Positions 23,981-34,729 of a DNA stretch of 64,000 nt are shown in pieces. Location: the NCBI RefSeq assembly GCF_964194155.1, contig NC_135901.1, positions 27,466,001 through 27,530,000 on the forward strand. The letters are read 5' to 3'. Below the pieces are notes generated by a model. That model worked only from the letters and a program-made list of their open reading frames with translations, was not told where the DNA came from and searched no databases. Numbering within the stretch: the stretch's first letter is position 1; every line of letters begins with the position of its first letter. This DNA is from Cetorhinus maximus. Taxonomy: Eukaryota. The position numbers and the translations under genes were made by a program.

Positions 23981-25130
23981 ACCACAAGTTCCTATCCTGT
24001 CACCTGTCAACCATCCTCTCCCAGAGATTAATCACAACAGGAATAAAACCAGGAGAAGTGTAACAATCAAATTAAAAATAAATGCACAGCCAGTCATAGA
24101 TTTTAATTAAATGTTCACTAATTAGCAAGAAAACCCGAAGAAGGGGGTCCCCCAGGATTCTTACAGTCCACACCTTAAGGAGGAGGAGAACTCTCTCTCC
24201 GACCCCTCACTCAATTTCACTCCATTATTTTCCAGCTCTGTTCTGGCCCTGCCTGAGATAACATCTACTCAATTTTTTCTTCTCCTGAGGGAGCACTGAG
24301 TTCTAGGTTACTGGTACATAAGGACATATGCTTCAGGCAACAGATCAAGCATGGATGTAAACGATTCTCCAGCTCTCTCCTTACCCCTGTCCAACTTGTG
24401 GACAGTTCTCACTCAGTATTTATTTCTCCCAAGCCCTTAATTGACCCAATCCAAATGTTTATCTCTGTTCGTTCAATTTTAGTCACTTTTTGACCATGAC
24501 CAGTGTGTTTAATTCTATACTGATTGTTTTACAGTCAGTTTCTCTCTGGAGTATGTGTCAATGCTTTGATGATGTCAAAATATTGTCTCATTCTCTTGGT
24601 CACAACCATTTCATGTCATGTTGTTTGTCAAGTAGCTGTGTATGTTTGGGACCCATTCCTTAGTCCACTTCACAATGAATTTACGCGTCCTATTGTCTTC
24701 ACATGTAACAAATCACATCTGCACACTCACACCGGTATCCCAATGTCAGGCCACATATTCTGAACTTTCAGTTGCGCTTATCAAAAGATCAAAGTGAGTG
24801 TCTGTCTTTGCTTATCTCCCCCTGTTATCATCCTGATATTTCAGGTGGTGTCCAGACTATCAAATGTGGTTTTCTTTCAAATAAAATTCATAGGTGAGGA
24901 TGTAAATATCTCCCAGAGAAATCTATCAACTTATTCATCTCATCTACACCTCCCTGGCTTTCACTAGAATGTAGGTGGATACCAGATTGATACATTCCAC
25001 TGATCACCCGGGTGAGTTACTCCAATTCCTTTCCTGACCAATACAATATATTCATCATATCTTTAAAACAGAAATCAAACATTCCCAATTGATTTCAGGC
25101 ATTAACAGATTGTTTGTTCTTTATTTTAGA
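23292..25130 (-). mobile_element. Unclassified insertion, possibly LTR/ERV-derived
   Basis: Starts TGTTA exactly where a CR1 fragment is broken (uninterrupted site at ~3655-3715); decayed minus-strand frame 23445-24026; right boundary uncertain. Confidence 0.35.
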
Positions 25131-25555
25131 TGTCAGACTGGGGTTGTTTTCCTTGATTCCGGGAGGTTGAGGGGAGATTTGAAAGAGGTGTACAAGATTA
25201 TGACAGGTTTAGATAAGGTGGACAAAGAAAAGCTGTTCCCATTCGCTGATGGTACTAGGACAAGGGGGACACAGATTTAAGGCTTTGTGCAAGAGATGCA
25301 GGGGGGATGTGAGGAGGAATATTTTTACACAGCCAATGCTAATGACCTGGAACTAGCTGTCTATGAGGGGCAGGGTGGGAAGCAGAGATGATGAACAATT
25401 TCAAAAGACAGTTGGATGGACACTTGAGGGAAATAAACTTTCAGTGATTCAGTGATAGAATGGGGGGAATGGGACTGACTGGATTGCTCTACAGAGAACT
25501 AGTATGGAATTGATGGGCTGAATAGTCTCCTTATATATCTTAATGATTCCATGAT
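25130..25555 (+). mobile_element. CR1 LINE 3' fragment
   Basis: RLRGDLKEVYKIMTGLDKVDKEKLFP...TRG; paralog at 43690-44105. Confidence 0.85.
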
Positions 25556-25689
25556 CCAAAGACAGAAAAGTTAGCTGTTCCAGTCTCTCCAACTAACTGA
25601 AGTCCTTCATTCCTGGTGCCATTGTCGTAAATCTCCTCTGCACACGCTCAAAAAACTTTACATCTTTCCCAAAGTGTGGGGCCCAGATA

Positions 25690-26784
25690 CAGTCTCTCAT
25701 TGATGTGAGTGACATGGTGTGTCAGCAATTTGGATGACTGAGGGAATTGCTGCCCCCACACGGTGCAGGTTAACAGCCTCTCCCCAGTGTGCACTCGCTG
25801 ATGTATCCACAGATGAGCTGAATGAGTGAATCCCTTCCCACACATGTAGCAGGTGAACGGCCTATCTCCAGTGTGGCTATGTTGATGAATTTCCAGCTTT
25901 GATGGGGATTTGAATCCCTTCTCACAGTCCCCACATTTCCACAGTTTCTCCATAGTGCGGGTGTCCTTAGTGTGAATTCGCTGATGTGTCAACTGGTGGG
26001 ACGATCGTGTGAATACCTACCTATGCTCCGAGCAGATAAATAGCCTCTCCTCACTGTGAGCTCGCTGGTATCTCAGCAAGCTGGATAAATAAGCAAATCC
26101 CTTCCCACACTGGAGCAGGTGAATGGCCTCTCCCCAGTGTGAGCTCGCTGGTATCTCAGCAGGCCGGATAAATAAGCAAATCTCTTCCCACACTGGAGCA
26201 GGTGAATGGCCTCCTCTCCCCAGTGTGAACTCGCTGGTGCATCTGCAGTTTGGACAACTGAATGAATCCTTTCCCACACTCAGAGCAGGTGAATGGCCTC
26301 CCTCTGGTGTACAGTCTCTGGTGTTCCTGCAGGTTGGATGAATTTCTAATTCTCTTTATGCAGTGAAAGCAGCTGAACAGTCTCTCCTCAGTGTGAAAAC
26401 ACTGGTGAAACATCAGTTCCCGAGAGCTTTTGAAGCTATTCCCACAGTCAGAACATTTGAAGGGTCTCTCATCGGTGTGAGTGACATGGTGTCTCATCAG
26501 GCTGGATGACTGAGTGAATCGTTTCCCACACATGGTGCAGATGAACAGACTCTCCCTGGTGTGAACGCGTTGGTGAATCTCTTCCCAAAATCAGAGCAGG
26601 TGAATGGTCTCTCCCCGGTGTGAACTCGCTGGTGTCTCATCAGGTGGGATGAATGAGTGAATCCCTTCCCACACATGGAGCAGGTGAATGGCCTCTCTCC
26701 AGTGTGGCTGCGTCGATGAATTTCCAGCTTTGATGGGGATATGAATCCCTTCCCACAGTCCCCACATTTCCACAGTTTCTCCAT
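25690..26784 (-). pseudogene. C2H2 zinc-finger gene C (multiple frameshifts, internal second MEK start)
   Basis: [14 protein letters not shown] at 26784 and again at ~25953; fingers spread over frames 26497-26784, 26156-26533, 26073-26279, 25648-25992. Confidence 0.85.
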
Positions 26785-27271
26785 TGTGTGGGTGTCTTTA
26801 GGTCACCCCAGATTCAATGATCAACTGAGCAGTCCACACACACAGCATGTGTACAGTCCCTCCCGTGATGTTTTATCAGGCTGCGTAACTGGTCAAAGCT
26901 CTTTCCGCAGTCAGTGCACTGGAACACACTCACTCAGATGTGTCTGTCTCAGTGCATTTCCGATAACACTGATTTCAAAACCGTCTGAAGCAGACAGAAC
27001 AGACAAACATTTCTCTAGATTTAAAGGCCATTGATATTCAGCTCCTGATGAATTGAGTGACTCAGTCAGATCTTGATGTGACGTTTGATTTGAGATTTCT
27101 GTCTGCAAATCCTCCACTTCTAATATTCTGTAAAAGGAGTTTACAAAAGTCATCACTGTCAGTCCATTATAGAAAATCAGAACAGCTGAATTCAGTTCCT
27201 GCAAGTCAACAATTTGCCCCAAGAATGAGAAAAGAAATGGAAAGGGGGAGAAAAGAAAGTGTTTTACTCAC

Positions 27272-27762
27272 AGATGTTGGACACACGAGAAAGTTTTAGC
27301 CTGAAGCTCATTGTCCAAATTCCGCATTGTGACGTCCAAAATGGAACCCTGCCTGAATCAGCCAATAGGAATCACTCTGCTCCGCGGTGACGTCCTCGGG
27401 TTCCAGTCCGCAGGCCCGGCGCGCGGACACGGGAGGCGCGCGGACGGGAGGCGCGCGGACACGGGAGCCCCGCTCCCACCCATTATTCCCGCTCCCTGCC
27501 TCCGCCTCCTCGAGCCAAGGTTTCCAGGCAACCGGCTAACGGCTCCGGCCAGAGCGAGAAGACGCTCGGTGAACTCGGGAGAGGGGAAGCTGCGCATGTG
27601 CGGGGGAGAGCCCACCCCTTCCCTTCATACTGAGGAAGTGACCAATGAGGAGAATTGGAAGACCGGAAGGACTCTGGTCCTCCAGCCAATCAGAGCGCGT
27701 GCGTTGTGTGACTGAAGATTGAGCTGCGCACAGACTAAAACTTCCATCTGTGTCCAACATCT
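27272..27762. promoter_or_regulatory. Bidirectional promoter between ZNF-C (-) and ZNF-D (+)
   Basis: Inverted homologous first exons both ending ccaacatct|GTGAGT (donors 27266-27271 and 27763-27768); CCAAT boxes, ETS, CRE-like TGACGTC, NRF1-like TGCGCATGTGC. Confidence 0.8.
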
Positions 27763-29517
27763 GTGAGTAAAACACTTTCTTTTCTCCCCCTTTCCATTTC
27801 TTTTCTCATTCTGGGGGGAAATTGTTGACTTGCAGGAACTGAAGGGAAAGGAAGTGAATCCAGGGAGGTTGCAGACTCTGGAAAGGTTGGCCCAGGTCTC
27901 TCTCTCTTAAAGACATTGACATCCTTTGCTCCCTCAGCTTGACACATTTATTTGTCTGGCTAAAAGGATGGTCCCTTTCCTAATGTTTACAATTAAAAGG
28001 GTGGTTTCCCCAGGAGATGACTGACATTTAATGGGACAGTAAATTAATATAGGACAGAGATATGTCTAATGTTGTGACAGGGAACAGTTTAGATATATTA
28101 TTTGTAGTCCTGTAATTAAATTCATGTATTATCCTTTCCAGTCTTGTAATGTAGGACTGTAGCTGTGTAAAGATTTCCAGTCATAGGGTCATTACGGCAC
28201 AGAAGGAGTTCATTCGGCAACTCAAGTCCATGCTGACTCTCTGTAGAAGAATCCATTCAGTCCCATTCCCCTTCAATATCCCTGTTCCCCTGCAAGTATA
28301 TTTCCATCAAGTGTCCGTCGAATTTCATGCTGAGCACAATGATCATCTTCAGTTCCACCATCCTCAGACTCATTGAATTCCAGGTCATGATCACTGACTC
28401 CTAAATACATTTCTTTCTTGCATCCCCCCATACCTCTAATCATGCAATACATATCATATAATATTATATTACAACATTTGTACTCCTATAATGTGTTCAT
28501 GCTTATGGCTCACAGCTCTGTTTGCTGGACTGACAGTGCTGAACATGGATCTGTCAATCAGGATGAATTTGCACCTTCAGGAGAATTGGGAGGTTGTAAA
28601 TTAGGTACAGCAGAGTGAGATTGGAGGGAGAGTGAGTGGGACAGAGATGTACAGGTTTTGGGGAGCGAGAGAGGAAAGAATGTTTCATAGAAACTAGAAT
28701 TGTCTATTCTGAATTTCCATCCTGTACTGACAGTGATGACTTTTGTAAACCCCTTTTGCAGGATATTAGAGGAGGAGGAATTGCAGACAGAAATCTCAAA
28801 CCAAAAATCACATCAAGATCTCACAGTGTCATTCAATTCATCAGGACCTGAACACAATTGACATTTGAATGTGGAGAAACGTTTGTCTGTTCTGTCTGTG
28901 GGGAAAGATTCTAAACATTGGTGTGATTGGAAAAGCACCAAGACACACACACCCGAGTGAGTGTGTTCCAGTGCACTGACTGTGGAAAGAGTTTGAACCA
29001 GTTACACAGCCTGAAAAAAACATCACACCATTCACAGCGGGGAGAGACTGTACATGTGTTCTGTGCATGTATGAGGCTTCAACTGATTATCAAACACAGA
29101 GAGACATAAAGACACCCATACCATGGAGAAAGCATAGAAATGTGGGGACTGTGGGAAGGGATTCCGGAACCCGTCTGTGCTAGAAATTCTCAAACCAAAT
29201 TCACGTTAGCATCCGCCAGAGTCACTCGATTCATCAGGACCTGAATTTCATCGGCCTTTCAATCTAGAAGGAGAAATGTTTGTCTGTTCTGTCTGCTTCA
29301 AAATGTTTCAAACATCAGTGTGATTGGAAAAGCACCGAGACACACACACCCGAGTGAGAGTGTTTCCAGTGCACTGACTGTGGAAAGAGCATTAACAAGT
29401 TACACAGACTGAAAAAACATCACCATTCACAAAGGGGAGACACCACACATGTGTTCAGTGTGTGGACAAGGCACCAATTGATCAACAGACATTGAGATAC
29501 ACAAGGGCACGCACACC

Positions 29518-31305
29518 ATGGAGAAACTGTGGAAATGTGGGGACGGTGGGAAGGGATTCCAAACCACATCTGTGCTGGAAACTCATCAACACATTCACAC
29601 CGGGGAGAGGCCATTCACCTGCCCTGTGTGTGGGAAGGGATTCAGTCATTCCTCACACCTAGTGGCACACCAGATCACTCACACCAGGGAGAGGCCACTC
29701 ACCTGCTCTATGTGTGGGAAGGGATTCACTCATTCCTCACACCTAGTGGCACACCAGGTCGCTCACAGCAGGGAGAGGCCGCTCACCTGCTCTGTGTGTG
29801 GGAAAGGATTTAGTAAGCCATTACACTTACTGGCACACCAGATAGCTCACACCAGGGAGAGGCTGCTCACCTGCTCTGTGTGTGGGAAAGGATTCACTCA
29901 TTCATCCCACCTATTGGCACACCAGGTAGTTCACACTGGAGAGAGGCTGTTCACCTGCTCTGTGTGTGGGAAGGGATTCACTCAGTCATCCCACCTAGTG
30001 ACACACCAAGTTGCTCACACCAGGGAGAGGCCCTTCTCCTGCGCTGTGTGTGGAAAGGGATTCACTCAGTCATCCCACCTAGTGGCACACCAGGCAGTTC
30101 ACACCCGGGAGAGGTCGTTCACCTGCACTGAGTGTGGAAAGGGATTCACTCAGTCTGCGCACCTAGTGGCACACCAGGTAGTTCACACTGAGGAGAGGCC
30201 GTTCACCTGCTCTGTTTGTGGGAAGGGATTCACTCAGTCATCCCACCTAGTGGCACACCAGATAGTTCACACCAGGGAGAAGCCATTCATCTGTTCTGAG
30301 TGTGGAAAGGGATTCACTCACTCATCCCACCTAGTGGCACACCAGATAGTTCACAGCAGGGAGAAGCCATTCACCTGCTCCGAGTGTGGGAAGGGATTCA
30401 CTCATTCATCCCACCTAGTGGCACACCAGGTAGTTCACACCAGGGAGAGGCCTTTCGCCTGCTCTGAGTGTGGGAAGGCATTCACTCAGTCATCCCACCT
30501 AATGGCACACCAGGTAGTTCACACAGAGGAGAGGCCTTTCACCTGCTCTGAGTGTGGGAAGGGATTCACTCAGTCTGCGCACCTAGTGTCACACCAGGTC
30601 GCTCACACCAAGGAGAGGCCATTCTCTTGTTCTGTGTGCGGGAAGGCATTCACTCAGTCTACACACCTAGTGGCACACCAGGTAACTCACACCAGGGAGA
30701 AGCCTTTCACCTGTTCTGTGTGTGGGAAGGGATTCACTCAGTCATCCCACCTAGTGGCACACCAGGTAGTTCACACCGGGGAAAGGCCGTTCAGCTGCTC
30801 TGAGTGTGGGAAGGGATTCACTCAGTCATCCCACCTAGTGGCACACCAGGTAGTTCACACCGGGGAGAGGCCGTTCACCTGCTCTGAGTGTGGGAAAGGA
30901 TTCACTCAGTCATCCCACCTAGTGGCACACCAGGTCGTTCACATCAGGGAGAGGCCGTTCACCTGCTCTGAGTGTGGGAAGGGATTCACTCAGTCATCCC
31001 ATCTAGTCGCACACCAGGTAGTTCACACCGGGGAGAGGCCGTTCACCTGCTCTGTATGTGGGAAGGGATTCACTCAGTTATCCCATCTGCTGACACACCA
31101 ACAAGTTCACATTGGAAAAGATCATTCACCCGCTCTCGATGTGGGAAGGATTCACTCGGTCGTCCCATCTGCAGACACACCGGCAAGTTCACACTGGAGA
31201 GAGGCCCTTCATTTGCTCCATGTGTGGGAAGGGATTCGCTCTTTCATCCTACCTGCTGACACATCAACAGGGTCACACCGGGGTGAGACCGTTTGCCTGC
31301 TCTGA
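29518..31305 (+). CDS. C2H2 zinc-finger protein D, 19 tandem fingers (first defective), frameshifted tail
   Basis: 595-aa ORF of CxxCGKGFT(Q/H)[11 protein letters not shown] repeats at 84-bp period; intact donor 27763 and acceptor 28761; frameshift after finger 19 (~31115). Confidence 0.9.
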   Translation: MEKLWKCGDGGKGFQTTSVLETHQHIHTGERPFTCPVCGKGFSHSSHLVAHQITHTRERPLTCSMCGKGFTHSSHLVAHQVAHSRERPLTCSVCGKGFSKPLHLLAHQIAHTRERLLTCSVCGKGFTHSSHLLAHQVVHTGERLFTCSVCGKGFTQSSHLVTHQVAHTRERPFSCAVCGKGFTQSSHLVAHQAVHTRERSFTCTECGKGFTQSAHLVAHQVVHTEERPFTCSVCGKGFTQSSHLVAHQIVHTREKPFICSECGKGFTHSSHLVAHQIVHSREKPFTCSECGKGFTHSSHLVAHQVVHTRERPFACSECGKAFTQSSHLMAHQVVHTEERPFTCSECGKGFTQSAHLVSHQVAHTKERPFSCSVCGKAFTQSTHLVAHQVTHTREKPFTCSVCGKGFTQSSHLVAHQVVHTGERPFSCSECGKGFTQSSHLVAHQVVHTGERPFTCSECGKGFTQSSHLVAHQVVHIRERPFTCSECGKGFTQSSHLVAHQVVHTGERPFTCSVCGKGFTQLSHLLTHQQVHIGKDHSPALDVGRIHSVVPSADTPASSHWREALHLLHVWEGIRSFILPADTSTGSHRGETVCLL

Positions 31306-31461
31306 GTGTAGGAAGGGATTCACTCGGTTAATTCTTTCGAGTTATCAACAGTGATAGATTGCAACTCTTTCGAGTACAATCACAGTTCTTGGTTCCCGGG
31401 AGTGGGACATGAACCCACAACCCTCTGATTCAAAGGCGAGGGTGCCTGCTCGGACTGTGAG

Positions 31462-33875
31462 AGTTAATTGTGTCAATTGAGGTAAAATATGTACAGGTGC
31501 AGGACATTTATTGGATGGTTACTTGAGCACATATAAAGAGACACTACTAAAACATAGTCGGGTGTATTCAGGAGGTATATACCTGTAATGTTTCACACTG
31601 TGAATAAATCTACACCAAGCAAAGACTGGCTCCAGTTTCTTCCTTCACCATCAGGCTGTCAGGATTATAACATGGTAACAGAGAATGCTTGTCTAATGTT
31701 GGAGGTTGGAAACTAAAGGAAAATAAAATTTCAGACAGAAGCTGACAATCCGAGTAGCTTTTGTGAGAAATGGCTGAAAACAAGTGGAAATTGTCAGGGA
31801 ATTGCTCTGAAGAAGGATCATACGGACTCGAAACGTTAACTCTGTTTCTCTCTCCACAGATGCTGCTAGACATGCTGAGCTTTTCCAACCCTTTCTGTTT
31901 TTGTGTCAGATTTCCAGCATCTGCAGTAATTTGCTTTTATATTATGGAAATTGTCAGGGTCTGATTACCCGCCAATGCTCTCGGAGTCTGAGCCACACGA
32001 CCAGTGGAAGAATGAAGTGGAGATGTGGACACGGGTTACGTCCCTACCAAGGAGGAAACAAGGTCTGATCTTGGCATTGTCACTTCCCAACAAAAGTAAA
32101 ATCAGAAGCAAAGTATTTAGTGAGCTGGATGCCCGTCAATTGGATACTGAAGAAGGTTTGGATCTTCTATTCGGGTTCATTGACGAGATTTACAAGAAAG
32201 ATGATCTATTGGATGCCTATGAAGCATAGATGGACTTTGACAGGTTTCGAATGAGGGTGAAAACAAACATCTTTAGCAGATCTGGATATCACAACAAGAG
32301 ACAGGATTGGAACAGCACTAATAGGTGAATGAACCCCAGGAATGACCAAGGAACAATTAACAGGTGTTTCAAGTCAGACTCAAAATATCATTATGTGATG
32401 AACTGCCCAAAGTGGAAAATCAGGGTCTTCGAAGTGACACATGATACAGAGAATTTTGAGGCTGAAGATAATGATGATGATCACTCTGAAGGAATTGTAC
32501 TAGTCACGAGGAGCTTTGGTCCAGTGATGATTGTGTTCATCACAGACTCATTCAACTGTGCTGTGTTAGACAGTGGCTGCACCTCGACAGTATGTGGATC
32601 AGTTGGTGAAAATGTTATCCAGATTCACCTCATAATGAGGATTGACATAAGGAGTATGAAAGTTTGTCTTGTCTTTGGTGATGTGAACACATTGACGTCA
32701 CTAAAAAGAGTGGGGATTTTTGCAAAATAGCTGGAGTCAGCCACTTTATCAGGACTGGTGTACTCTCTAGTGTGATACCCTTACTGTTGAGTAATCCTTC
32801 CACAAAAAAGGCACAAATGCAACTGGACATGAAGCAAGATAAGGCAACTGTTTTGGAAAGTCAGTGGATCTGCAGTTTACTCAATCAGGACATAGTCGTC
32901 TCCCCTTAACAATACCTGATGTTTCTAATCAGTGTGTTTGAGAAGGATTAATGGCATCAATGATAAGAATCAGAGAGAAAAAAAACAAATTATTTTAAAA
33001 CTAAACAGACAATTTGCTCACTCTTCCTGTCAAAGATAACAAATCCTGCTAAAAGATGCAGGGGTGGTTGGTGAAGAGTATACGAGGCTCATAGAGGAGA
33101 TTAGAGCAAAGTGTGAAATGTGTAAAAAGTATGGGAGGATGCTGTCACATCCTATTGTAAACCTTCCCTTGGCACGTGACTTTAACCAGGTAGTTGCCAT
33201 GGATCTAAAGGGATGCGACAAAGACAGAAATATTTTCATTCTACACTTTATAGACATGTTAACCGATTTAGTGTTTCTCCAATAATACACGGCAAGGGCA
33301 AAAGGGAGATTATCGACCAAGTCATGGAGAAATGGATAGGGACTGGACCTGCGTCACCAGCTGAGTTTCTGAAGGATAATGGAGGGGAAATTTGCTAATG
33401 ACGAGTTTAGAGACGTGTGTGAAAACATGAACATTATGGTCATGAACACTGCAGCTGAAAATCCTTTCAGCAATGGACTCTGTGAAAGGAATCACGCTGT
33501 GATCGATGAAATGCTGCAGAAAATCTTAGCTGATCAGTCAAACTGCAAGTTGACAACTGCACTGACATGGATGATTCATGTAAAGAATTCACTCCAGATG
33601 GTTGGAGGGAAAAGTCCATTTCGATTGGTCTACAGGAGAAATCCTAAATTACCCTCTGTGCTGGGCGATAGCCCTCCTGCTTTGGAAGGGACTACAATTA
33701 GTTCCATTTCTAGTCATCAATTATTGGATTGTTTCATAAAAAGAAGTGCTCGAGCTGAGAAATTACTGGGGATCCTAGAAGAGGGATGTCTTAAAATGTA
33801 ATAATTCTTTGTGCAAAATAAGGAAAATCATATTTTGTCCTCTTTGGTTTGTTTTGAAATATTGTTTGTGCCAAT
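31462..33875 (+). mobile_element. Copia-type LTR retrotransposon, internally deleted (LTR, PBS, gag, protease, integrase, RNase H end)
   Basis: LTR 31462-31672 ending TAACA; PBS TGGTAACAGAG 31673-31683 (1 mismatch to initiator tRNA-Met 3' end); decayed knuckle CFKSDSKYHYVMNC; protease AVLDSGCTSTVCG; integrase VAMDL..DNGGEF..SNGLCERNH; RH-end QLLDCFIK; protease-integrase order is Copia-type. Confidence 0.85.
31800..31944 (+). mobile_element. 145-bp Penelope-derived insertion with hammerhead motif and 15-bp TSD
   Basis: TGGAAATTGTCAGGG at 31785-31799 and 31945-31959; empty site visible in the copies at ~38940 and ~57580; same insert at 62710-62854. Confidence 0.85.
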
Positions 33876-34724
33876 TGTTACAATCCCGGTAAAGACCGTT
33901 AACGTTTAAAGAGAAATTCAAACACCCAGTGATAACTGAAAGAATTACACCACATTTACAAACAAAACCAAAATTTACTGTATATATAAAACAAAAGAAT
34001 ATTAAAAACCAGCACTACGAACTTAACATTATAGATTATAAAGATTTATGCTTTAAACCCAGTTCTACTTTTTAACTTCTCCATAAGAGAACTTATATTT
34101 ACAATATCTTGAAGGTTCATTCGTTTCTGTTCCTGGGACCATCCCAAAGGGATGTCAAAGCTCTCCAGAATTCACTTTAATTCTCCTCAATATCCCAGCT
34201 ATTCTCCAAGCTCCAAGACTTTATGGGGGTTCTTCCATCGGCTTTAGGCTAAGAAACACTGCAACTTTCCTTTAAGGCCTCAAAGCTGTGGACTTCTCAG
34301 TTCAAGCGGAAGTTTCACGACCTTCTTGCTGAGGGATTTAAACATGAGGAACACGCTGATTCCTAATGACCCTCTTGGCTTCTCGTCCCACAGCTGGTTC
34401 ACAGCTCCTGGTCCCACACTTCCTGCTGACTGACCAAGCTGCCCGCAGGCTGCTGACTGAAACTGCCTTCAGTGAGAAAATAAAAAGAAAAATCCACAAT
34501 GGATCATCCATTGTTTAAGTGTTCTCACTATTGACACTGACCTTACTGAATAAACAAAGATCACATTTTAACTGTAATTAGCCCAGGCTTCTTTGATTTG
34601 GATTTCCATCAGAGTTGTTTTCAACAGTTTCTCAACCCAGAGTTTCCATCGAGCTACATTTCAATCCCCAAACTAAAAGTTATTTTTGAAACCGCATGAA
34701 TTATGAACTTAGATATTCGCAGCA
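33876..34724 (-). mobile_element. Solo LTR, same family as 48550-49273
   Basis: Ends TGTTACAATCCCGGT and ATATTCGCAGCA match the reverse complement of the termini of 48550-49273. Confidence 0.65.
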
Positions 34725-34729
34725 GCCAG

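Noticed and set aside
29600-31110. CRISPR-like repeat-spacer array
   Set aside because: 84-bp coding finger repeats in eukaryotic DNA; no unique spacers or cas genes
29529-31259. Overlapping ORFs such as MWEGIHS... and MGRDSL... throughout the ZNF genes
   Set aside because: Alternative-frame shadows of C2H2 repeats
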